Below are positions 47,001-53,142 of a stretch of 64,000 bases of DNA, piece after piece. Made by a program: the position numbers and the translations under genes. Source of the stretch: Bryobacterales bacterium (lineage in GTDB: Bacteria; Acidobacteriota; Terriglobia; Bryobacterales; UBA6623); contig CBDCTD010000001.1 of the NCBI GenBank assembly GCA_965222095.1, forward strand, positions 471,390-535,389. The letters run 5' to 3'. Every line of letters begins with the position of its first letter. The stretch's first letter is position 1. Under the pieces are notes generated by a model. That model ran no database searches. It saw nothing but the letters and a program-made list of their open reading frames with translations, and had not been told where the DNA came from.

Positions 47001-47217
47001 CAAGCTGGGAGGCGCTCTCTGAATCTGTAGCCGGGTCGGCTACAGGAGCTAGCGAGTGGACGGGCGACTCATCCGCCACCATCGACGGGGCCGCGTAGAG
47101 CCAAATCCACAGCCCGAGTGGAGCTACGCGGTGTAGAAGCCGCAAACCAAATCTTCCTAGTTTATATCCTACGCTCCTCTGGGCCATCTTGCAACCGGTC
47201 AGTCGCATCAACGGCAA
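44071..47217 (-). CDS. TonB-dependent outer-membrane receptor
   Basis: 1048-aa beta-rich protein ending ...VVQLGLQFNF (terminal Phe). It has an N-terminal signal-like hydrophobic stretch; the start may be Met 47187. Confidence 0.75.
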   Translation of the reverse strand: MPLMRLTGCKMAQRSVGYKLGRFGLRLLHRVAPLGLWIWLYAAPSMVADESPVHSLAPVADPATDSESASQLAESPEHADASNGSGEPASEGSDSAQQLTEAGDHLLPEPAFSADSTDGLDAVKALSPGPDQFQAVGKEIGDAIRVFQRETERLGARVGNGRGNTLVQPGKLWHGRIYELLRNDRLDAVPHQVVQRGGDRNVLRRNQFGFSVNGPVYIPTVYRGQRSTFFTLSFEATRERVGRSKLATLPTALQRSSDFSDLVDKAGQPVTVYDPATTQLNSVYDRSQPVSRDNLEYVRTPFPNNVIPPTRSDRVAQATLPHYPFPNANVGPFLQNNYWVNSPQVSTPEGFILRVDRNVSRKHKLALDVAYSKGFHGTADLYPTIGNPGRPDRLFSNRRAELSDSFSISPRSVYTASFSVNSSGVRTPGLGNEDLNIPQELGLDGVSGGVFPTVRFNEYLGLGGPQGAYLRNFWTTYGTGHALALRRGKHAWTLSSSLRFYQLNTFEPDSPSGSLRFNDDLTGLPGVINTGNSFANFLLGHSSRAEATDLLQPSYLRRKFWRSQVQDEYELTPNLTATLSVRLEVSTPRVEKFNRQSTIDVDSINPENGRPGALVFAGRDGAGRAFQPSQARLEPQAGFSWSPSRKRGTVVRMSVAQRYGSIPLRPGPFATQGFSARRTFFSANEQLQPAVVLGQGLAPLGTPLPHLSPAAANDTDADYVANTDRLPRYRYLTLDFERRMPLGIMLRLEGRVRRADNLLVNGNVAGINAVPLDALAFRDQLNDESFRRSLRPYPQFQTVDTGRLYPLGRYQSQSGSIEIEKQASQGLAFDFSYRLRRQYDDYSGPGVQDYFDRDGEWALTPWVRPQRMSLSYSYEIPFGQGKAFLRSRGLLSGILGNWSVRGFTRWGSGDPIALRPEFNNTGGVVPYLRAQAVPGADAHVNDPGPELWFNPAAFVNPSDFSIGNVPRSHPSLRNPGFHNHDLSVSKRLPLPSERSLDILFEGFNFLNHANWNDPDAYIGSAEAPNANAGKIIGSRGGRVVQLGLQFNF

Positions 47218-47245
47218 GGGGTATTTTTACCTAACGGAGAAAAAA

Positions 47246-47500
47246 CTCGAGTGCCTCCTCAACAACCTGGGGGAACCTAGCAAGCTGTCCCGGACAAGAC
47301 TACTTTCTGATCGTCCCGGCGACGTGGCGCAAGACCGCTACGGCCGGCCGTTGCCCTACATCTATGCCGGCGGCGAGAATTTCAACTCCCCGCTTATCCG
47401 CGAGGGCTATGCTCACGCTTAGCGCCGCTTTCCTTTCTCTAAACGGCAGGAGTTCATTGACCTTGAGGAACAGGCGCGGAAGCGAGGACTCGGCTTGTGA
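47246..47500 (+). pseudogene. thermonuclease (SNase-like) gene remnant, 5'-truncated with in-frame stop
   Basis: Reads ...DRYGRPLPYIYAGGENFNSPLIREGYAHA-stop-RRFPFSKRQEFIDLEEQARKRGLGL-stop. This matches the C-terminal half of SNase-fold nucleases. The catalytic N-terminal half is absent. Confidence 0.55.
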
Positions 47501-47867
47501 AACCGCCGCTAAAAAATCCGCGAGAAAGAACGGACTCGGGGGAGCTTCCTGCTGAACTTTCGCGTCAACACCGTTCACTTTGGCCAGGAGCCGTTTGCAC
47601 CCTTCGCGCTGCGATCCATTCACCGGCGCTGGCGCTCAGCTTCTAGGTAGCCGGGCTGCGGACGCTGCGCTAATCTGTGGCCTATCGCGTCCGACCGGAA
47701 GACGGGTAAGGGGTGCGCCATTGCGCGCTGGCCGCAGCCGGACCCGGTTTGGCCCGACGCAAGACTCGCGCCAGAACGGCTCCCTCGCCTGCGGCGTCTG
47801 GCACTCTCTCTTGCCCTTGTCGGTCCCGCCCCGTCACCGGCTTCGGCGGCGCTGTTCCTCCTTCGTC

Positions 47868-47920
47868 AGGGTTTGGCCGTTTCCGCCTTGCTCGGGTGAG
47901 CGGAAACGCTCACAAACCCT
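47868..47920 (+). ncRNA. leader hairpin A (nested stems, 13-nt loop) upstream of orf83
   Basis: Outer stem AGGGTTTG/CAAACCCT, inner stem CGTTTCCGC/GCGGAAACG, loop CTTGCTCGGGTGA. An AGGAGGAA RBS follows and the ATG is 24 nt after the hairpin. Confidence 0.55.
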
Positions 47921-47944
47921 TAACTTCACAGGAGGAAACACATC

Positions 47945-48196
47945 ATGGCTAACCAAAAACCCGTCGCTGAAGTCCGCATCGGTTACGTCAAGGCCACGAT
48001 CTGGCTGAACGGAACCGAAGAGCAACCGCGGCACAACGTCACCTTCTCTCGTCTCTACAAAGACGACGCTGGTGAATGGAAGAGTACACAGAGCTTTGGG
48101 CGCAACGACCTGTTGGTGCTTGCCAAAGTGGCCGATCTGGCCCACACGCGCCTCTTCGAGCTTCCGCGGGAAGAAGAGCAGCAGGCCGAGTCCTAG
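47945..48196 (+). CDS. small hypothetical protein (orf83)
   Basis: Strong RBS (AGGAGGAAACACATC-ATG). The 83-aa product has an alternating beta-like N-terminal two thirds and a C-terminal helix. No family recognised with confidence. Confidence 0.6.
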   Translation: MANQKPVAEVRIGYVKATIWLNGTEEQPRHNVTFSRLYKDDAGEWKSTQSFGRNDLLVLAKVADLAHTRLFELPREEEQQAES

Positions 48197-48402
48197 GGGA
48201 CGCGGATTTAGAGGGCGGCGGGGCCCGTCCTCGCCGCTCTCCGATCCTTCCCGGTTCGCTCCTAATACAGCTTCACGGCCGGCAAACTGACCGCCCGGAA
48301 TGCGGTGTTCGGTGTCTTCTGGGGCTTTCGGCGTCCGTCACTCGCGTTGACTCGTCTGGTTCCCGCGCCCGCCGCGCCTGGTTCGCTCTTCCCCCCTTCT
48401 CA

Positions 48403-48451
48403 GGTTTGTGGTTTTCCCTCTGTCCTTTGTGAAGGGAAAACACAGCAAACC
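48403..48451 (+). ncRNA. leader hairpin B (paralog of A) upstream of orf98
   Basis: Outer stem GGTTTG/CAAACC, inner stem GTTTTCCCT/AGGGAAAAC, loop CTGTCCTTTGTGA. An AGGAGGAAGAAC-ATG follows 17 nt later. Confidence 0.55.
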
Positions 48452-48468
48452 ATCAAAGGAGGAAGAAC

Positions 48469-48765
48469 ATGCCCCGAAGGCCCACACTCAAAGAAACAAT
48501 CCAAGCCGCGCTTGCGGGCTACGCTCATGAGCTTGTAGTGCTTCCGGGCTGGCCGCAATACTGTGTCACGCGGGCCGTGTTGCATTGCCTGGTGGACGAC
48601 GCGGAGACTTTCTCGTGGATGACCCGGCGAGAAAAGCAATGGCTCATTGCCTATGTTCAGGTTGCCGGGCCGGAACCGGTCGAAGTCGCCTACGATGAAG
48701 CCGTCGAGTTGTACGAGCAAGCCGATGCCTTGGACCGACAGGGGTCGACGTCGTCGCCATTCTGA
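48469..48765 (+). CDS. small hypothetical protein (orf98)
   Basis: Strong RBS. 98-aa product with no recognisable family. Confidence 0.55.
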   Translation: MPRRPTLKETIQAALAGYAHELVVLPGWPQYCVTRAVLHCLVDDAETFSWMTRREKQWLIAYVQVAGPEPVEVAYDEAVELYEQADALDRQGSTSSPF

Positions 48766-48998
48766 ATCAGCTCGTGCGCGAGACTGCGCTACCCCTGTAA
48801 GGTGCGCTCGACGCGGCTGTAGATCTGCTTGCGCTCAGCGCCGGTAAAGCCGAGACCACCGCTGGAGGCCACTAATTCGCGCATCTTAATTAAGTCCCGG
48901 AAACTCGATCCCAACGCTTCACAGCCGCGGTCTCGGGATCATTGCCCTTTGAAGAATATTTTTACAACAATCTGGGCGGTACCCCTATACTGAAAGAA

Positions 48999-49214
48999 AT
49001 GACGAAAGCGGACATACAAAAGCAGGCGATGGCGCTTCCAGAAGCCGACCAAATTGAGTTGGCTCATACCCTGCTCGACAACACCACTCCCTCTCTGACC
49101 GAAGCGCAGGAGATGGAAGTCACTAGGCGAATTAAGGCCTACCGGGCCGACCCGAGTATTTTGGTCTCCGAAGAAGATGCCCTTGTCAGGTTAAAGCAAC
49201 TCGCGACCGGATGA
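48999..49214 (+). CDS. putative addiction-module antitoxin
   Basis: MTKADIQKQAMALPEADQIELAHTLLDN...EVTRRIKAYRADP resembles the small 'addiction module component' antitoxins that precede ParE/RelE toxins. Its stop overlaps the toxin start (ATGA). Confidence 0.6.
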   Translation: MTKADIQKQAMALPEADQIELAHTLLDNTTPSLTEAQEMEVTRRIKAYRADPSILVSEEDALVRLKQLATG

Positions 49215-49495
49215 GGCTGTTCTATACCCAAGAAGCGCTCGACGAGAGGGACTCCGCTTTCCACTGGTATCAGGAACAGAGAGACGGCCTTGGCCTTTCC
49301 TTCCTTGCCCATCTCGAGTATCTGGTCAACAACATCGTCGACTTCCCTTCTTCCGCTCGGGAGCATGCTGATGGCTCTCGCCGTGCAGTAATGCGGAAGT
49401 TCCCCTTCGTCGTGGTTTACACGGTCGAGGACGATGCTGTTGTCATCACGGCAGTTTTTCACACCTCAAGGAATCCTGTAGATCTCGAGCGATAG
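49211..49495 (+). CDS. RelE/ParE-family toxin
   Basis: The 94-aa MRLFYTQEALDERDSAFHWY...MRKFPFVVVYTVEDDAVVITAVFHTSRNP fits the typical ParE/RelE fold pattern. Confidence 0.7.
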   Translation: MRLFYTQEALDERDSAFHWYQEQRDGLGLSFLAHLEYLVNNIVDFPSSAREHADGSRRAVMRKFPFVVVYTVEDDAVVITAVFHTSRNPVDLER

Positions 49496-49512
49496 ATCCC
49501 CACACAGATAGG

Positions 49513-49524
49513 CTTATCGTCTTA
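49513..49524. promoter_or_regulatory. 12-mer CTTATCGTCTTA upstream of parA (candidate operator/centromere half)
   Basis: The exact reverse complement, TAAGACGATAAG, occurs at 50514-50525 just after the operon. CTTAT-type short repeats follow (CTTATTATCTTATT). Confidence 0.4.
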
Positions 49525-49615
49525 TTATCTTATTGCATGCTAGTCTCCACCCGTTGGCTTGACTCTTCTCTGGAATGTTTCTAGAATAAGATCATACGAT
49601 TAAGCTTACATTCTT

Positions 49616-50278
49616 ATGTCACACATTTTCGCAATCGCCAATACCAAGGGAGGGGTAGGGAAGTCCACCCTGGCTGTGAATCTGGCCGTCTTGGCTGCCT
49701 CACAAGGCCAGAAGGTGCTTTTGGTCGACGCTGACCCTCAGGCCAGCAGCCTGCAGTTCCTCAACGCTAGAGACGATTCTCTGCCTGCGTTCACCGGTAT
49801 TCAGATCTCCCAGCCGATCATCCATAAACAACTCCCGGAACTCGCGACGCACTACGAGTACGTCTTCATTGATGTTGGAGGTCGTGATGCACCTGTGTTC
49901 AGAAGCGCCCTGGTCGCTGCTGATACCATCCTCATTCCGATGGTGCCATCAGTCTTCGACGCCTGGGCGGCGGAGGACATCTTCAGCGTCATTGACGAAT
50001 TGACGACCGGCCGGCCTGTCGATACGCGTGTCGTGCTGAACCAAGCCACCCCGACGATCATCGCTAAGGAGGCTCTACAGAGCCTTCAAGTGGAACTCAA
50101 GGAACGTGGCATCGTCCTGATGGTCGCCGTACTCCAGAATCGCACCGCTTGGCCTCGATCCATCGGCGAGGGCATGGGAGTAGGGGAGTGGGAACCGGCA
50201 GGCAAGGCCGCCCAAGAACTTTGTCAACTAGCACGTGAACTTGAACTCTATATCGATGAAAACACCACAGAAGTCTAA
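49616..50278 (+). CDS. parA: ParA-family partition ATPase (small, plasmid type)
   Basis: Deviant Walker [14 protein letters not shown], with VDADPQ and IDVGG motifs. Confidence 0.9.
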   Translation: MSHIFAIANTKGGVGKSTLAVNLAVLAASQGQKVLLVDADPQASSLQFLNARDDSLPAFTGIQISQPIIHKQLPELATHYEYVFIDVGGRDAPVFRSALVAADTILIPMVPSVFDAWAAEDIFSVIDELTTGRPVDTRVVLNQATPTIIAKEALQSLQVELKERGIVLMVAVLQNRTAWPRSIGEGMGVGEWEPAGKAAQELCQLARELELYIDENTTEV

Positions 50279-50516
50279 ATTTGATGAGAACTCGTTTATC
50301 GGAGGTGCCGTGACGGCGAAAGGGGCCGACAGCGCCCTGGCAACCAGACGGAAGAAGGGGATTCCGCCTGAAGGCACAATCCGAGCCACCTACAACTTCC
50401 CGAAGTCCATTCATAAAGCCTTGAAGGCCCGGTCGGTTGAGGAAGATAAAACGATGCTGAAGATGGTGCTCGATGCCATCGAGCAAGCTTACGGCATCAA
50501 GAGCAAGAGTGAGTAA
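50256..50516 (+). CDS. small partition/centromere-binding protein candidate (RHH-like C-terminus)
   Basis: Overlaps the parA stop. 86 aa, whose C-terminus [38 protein letters not shown] has a ribbon-helix-helix-like pattern. Confidence 0.55.
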   Translation: MKTPQKSKFDENSFIGGAVTAKGADSALATRRKKGIPPEGTIRATYNFPKSIHKALKARSVEEDKTMLKMVLDAIEQAYGIKSKSE

Positions 50517-50525
50517 GACGATAAG
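50514..50525. promoter_or_regulatory. 12-mer TAAGACGATAAG downstream of the par operon (inverted partner of 49513-49524)
   Basis: Exact inverted copy. ATACGATT also recurs at about 49597 and about 50530. Confidence 0.4.
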
Positions 50526-50966
50526 TAGATACGATTGTGCATATAGGCGTATTTATGCTATCCACGAGGGTGTAGTGCGCCCAACAAGCGTGCAGCCGCC
50601 AGCGATGATCCACAACGGCATCGCCCGATGATCGCGCAGAACTTCCAGCCGGAGCCGAAACATGATGCCATGATCGGCCCCGTCACTGCCCTCTCGGCGC
50701 GTTGCGTCGATGTTCAGAACGAGCGCCACGCCGATCTCGAAGCACACGCCCGTGGGACGGTTGCCCGAGCCCTCGCCATAGACGGATAAGCCCCAACACC
50801 AGCTAAGAACAATAAGCCATGGAGTTGGCCTAGATCAGGTCAACATCAGTCCGCTGCCGCGGAGCTTAGCGGGAGCGGGCAAGGTCAACGTGGTCGTCAC
50901 CCCCACCGGGGACCACCTCGAATCCCGTCAGGGTCGCATTCCGGGGCTTCGCTCTTACCCCCCTTT

Positions 50967-50995
50967 TTGTAGTGAATGATAATATCCTTTATCAT
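50967..50995 (+). promoter_or_regulatory. candidate sigma-70-like promoter with embedded inverted repeat
   Basis: TTGTAG-N17-TATCAT lies in an AT-rich patch 43 nt upstream of ATG 51038. The inverted repeat TGATAA (50977-82) / TTATCA (50989-94) overlaps it. Confidence 0.3.
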
Positions 50996-51037
50996 GCGTG
51001 ATATGCTCCCCCTCCCGCCGCTCCCCGGCAGGCCATA

Positions 51038-51445
51038 ATGCCGGATCGCTCCCTAACATGTAGTAGAGCAGGAGCTCCCCCCGTGCCCGCCCAACCCGCC
51101 TGGTTTCATCGACTTGACGAAATCTTTAACGCCCTGCGGGCTATGACATCCACCCGCCTCGACCGCCTAGCGGTCGAGAAACTCTTCCGTGTGCCCCAGC
51201 GCCGCGCACGGCAGATCATGGCGGGCCTCAAGGGCCTGCGGGTCGGAAACGCCGCGGCGGTGTCACGGGAGGCTCTCATCGCGCGCCTGGAGCGGCCGGC
51301 GGCGACGAATGTTCGCGAGCGCCTCCTTGAGGATCTTTCCGCCGGCATTGCGGTGCGGCCCGGAGAACTGCGGATCGCATTTTGCGGCGCCGAGGATCTG
51401 GCGGCCAAGCTGCTCGAAATCTCGCAGGCGATGGCCAACGACTAG
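51038..51445 (+). CDS. hypothetical protein (orf135)
   Basis: 135-aa ORF that is Arg/Ala-rich and helical-looking. No family recognised. Confidence 0.4.
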   Translation: MPDRSLTCSRAGAPPVPAQPAWFHRLDEIFNALRAMTSTRLDRLAVEKLFRVPQRRARQIMAGLKGLRVGNAAAVSREALIARLERPAATNVRERLLEDLSAGIAVRPGELRIAFCGAEDLAAKLLEISQAMAND

Positions 51446-51538
51446 CCCGCCTTCCGCGGACCGTTGAAGCCCCCCCCCGTCCGCGCCCACGGTGGTAAAG
51501 CGGAACAGCGCAAAGGTTAGTACAAATAGTATTCACGC

Positions 51539-51772
51539 ATGGGAAGCGCTCCCTACATTCGGCAACTCGCTTGGGCGTCGTCCTGCCGAAGGATGTCATC
51601 AACCGGCTACGCACGAAAGACGGGGAACCACCTGTTGCTGATCAAAGCGCCCCACGGTACGCCCGCCGACTTCGACGTGGTGCGAGCGGGAGCGCTGATC
51701 GCTCTCGCTGCAATTCCTGTTCCTGGAGCAGATCCTCCGGATCCACGTGGCGGTTTCAACCGTCTTGGGTGA
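51539..51772 (+). pseudogene. AbrB/MazE-type antitoxin gene disrupted by frameshifts
   Basis: Across three frames it reads (M)EALPTFGNSL / GVVLPKDVINRLRTKDG / NHLLLIKAPHGT. Together these recreate the SpoVT/AbrB swapped-hairpin motif. The shifts sit at ATGGG, CTTGGG and GGGG. Confidence 0.5.
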
Positions 51773-51787
51773 TCTTCGCTTCGCCAT

Positions 51788-52150
51788 CTATATGGGATCC
51801 TTGCTTGTCGTATCCAATAGGTCTCGCAACGCGGGCAGAAGCTTCGGAACGTCGTTCTGGATGATGTCCCAGATGAGATCGTCATCCACACTCAGATAGC
51901 CATGAGTCAACCGGTTTCGTGCGCCGATGATCGTGCGCCAAGAGATTTCCGGGTTCCGTTCACGGACCGCGCTCGGGACGTGGGTGGCCGCCTCGCCGAC
52001 GAGTTCCAGATTGCGCAGAGAGGCATCGTAGGTAAGCCCATCGGCGACGAACGCGGCTTGATCCATCCCGTCGGTATGCTTCGTCAAAGCTTCGCAGCGC
52101 GAGAACGAGCCGCGATCGACAAGCGCGACCGCAACATCATTAACGCGCAC
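51788..52150 (-). CDS. hepT: HepT-like HEPN toxin (DUF86), no cognate MntA gene present
   Basis: RNLELVGEAATHVP and the Rx4-6H motif ARNRLTHGYLSVD are present. It has a GTG start, with an in-frame stop 11 codons upstream. Confidence 0.75.
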   Translation of the reverse strand: MRVNDVAVALVDRGSFSRCEALTKHTDGMDQAAFVADGLTYDASLRNLELVGEAATHVPSAVRERNPEISWRTIIGARNRLTHGYLSVDDDLIWDIIQNDVPKLLPALRDLLDTTSKDPI

Positions 52151-52254
52151 GCCGATGAACTTAACGAAGAAGCGGTCGATGTCCTAGGTTATCAGGTGGA
52201 AACTTGAGGCGAGGCGAGCTTTACCGGGTCGCGAAGCCTCACGCGCGCGATCCG

Positions 52255-52345
52255 AAGCGCTTTCGCGTGAAAGGTCGGATCGGCCGACACCCGCGCGGCG
52301 TCGTTGAGGTCCCACACGGAAGAACTCTGTATTCGGAAGTTCTTA
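52255..52345 (-). pseudogene. short IS1380-family transposase fragment
   Basis: The minus strand reads ...FRIQSSSVWDLNDAARVSADPTFHAKAL. Compare LAGYEDVNDAVRVSADPTFRLIGS in the intact IS1380-type transposase at 55798-57129. Confidence 0.35.
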
Positions 52346-52830
52346 ACATTCCTCTAGTTGTAAAGCTGCCATCCTCGTTGGGCCTGAAGGGGGAAAGGCG
52401 GCGACAGCTGACGCAACACATAGACGTTCTTCCCACAATCTTGGACTACCTGGGGATCGAGCAGCCCAAGCACCTAGAGGGTGTTAGTCTTCTCCCTGCC
52501 ATCTTCCTAAACCAGCAGAACCACCGGGACCGAACAATCTTCTCCTACGCGATTGACGGTTTCGAGGCCGGGGCAAGTGTCATCGACTTTCCCTGGAAGT
52601 TTATTTGGAATTCCGTCTCCGGCTCGAACGAGCAACTCTTCAATATGGAAACGGATCCAAGGGGCAAGACCGACTTGTCCAGTGAATATCCGCTGCGAGC
52701 AAAATATTTGAAAGCGATGATTGATGATTAAAGATCACGGCTCTAGCACCCTCGACCATGCCGGATCCAGAGGAAGCTGTCTTGGATCAGGAGTTGCTGC
52801 GCAAACTCAAGAGCATGGGCTACGTCCAGT
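52321..52830 (+). pseudogene. sulfatase C-terminal fragment (5'-truncated, frameshift near 3' end)
   Basis: SEVLNIPLVVKLP...QHIDVLPTILDYLGIEQPKHLEGVSLLP... is typical of the sulfatase C-terminal half. The last part (PDPEEAVLDQELLRKLKSMGYVQ) is in another frame. Confidence 0.6.
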
Positions 52831-53142
52831 GAGGGTTGGTCTTGCACTCGCGCATCTCCCGCTCGACGTCGTGCGCCGAGCGGGCGGACCGGACGGGCGC
52901 ACCGTTTTGTGAGACTCCGTCCTCCGCTCCGCCCTCCGGGCTCCGCTACGGCCGGAGCCCACAAAACAAGGGGAAACCCCCAGAAAGAACTAGATTCCCA
53001 CAGGGTGAGCCAAAACAAAATGCCGAAGTCGACCAAAAGAAGTTGCCAAAGGCAAACGAAGGAGGAACAGCGCTACCGTCGGTGGTGCGGGGCTAATTGG
53101 GACCACAGGCGGGCAAATAGCGGAGGAAAAACCATACGGGAG

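Noticed and set aside
47799-47814. Sigma-54-like promoter TGGCAC-TCTCTC-TTGC about 130 nt upstream of orf83.
   Set aside because: The GG to GC spacing is one nucleotide longer than the canonical TGGCACG-N4-TTGC arrangement, which is normally strict. There is no supporting activator site.
47868-48451. The leader hairpins might be integron attC sites separating gene cassettes.
   Set aside because: The GTT... and ...AAC boxes are in the opposite orientation relative to the ORFs and do not fit RYYYAAC/GTTRRRY. No intI integrase or attI is present in the window.
50553-50747. The 64-aa minus-strand ORF and a 53-aa plus-strand ORF (MIAQNFQPEPKHDAMIG...) after the par module.
   Set aside because: They have no RBS and no recognisable motif, and they mutually overlap. 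The evidence is insufficient to call either one.
52204-52275. The plus-strand N-terminus MRRGELYRVAKPHARDPKRFR looks like the start of a MazF/PemK toxin. That would pair with the AbrB/MazE-like remnant at 51539.
   Set aside because: Only about 22 residues are similar. The opposite strand of the same bases reads an IS1380-type transposase motif (DLNDAARVSADPTF), and the rest of the ORF is a sulfatase fragment. An oppositely oriented HepT gene separates it from the antitoxin remnant. It is most likely a chance reading.
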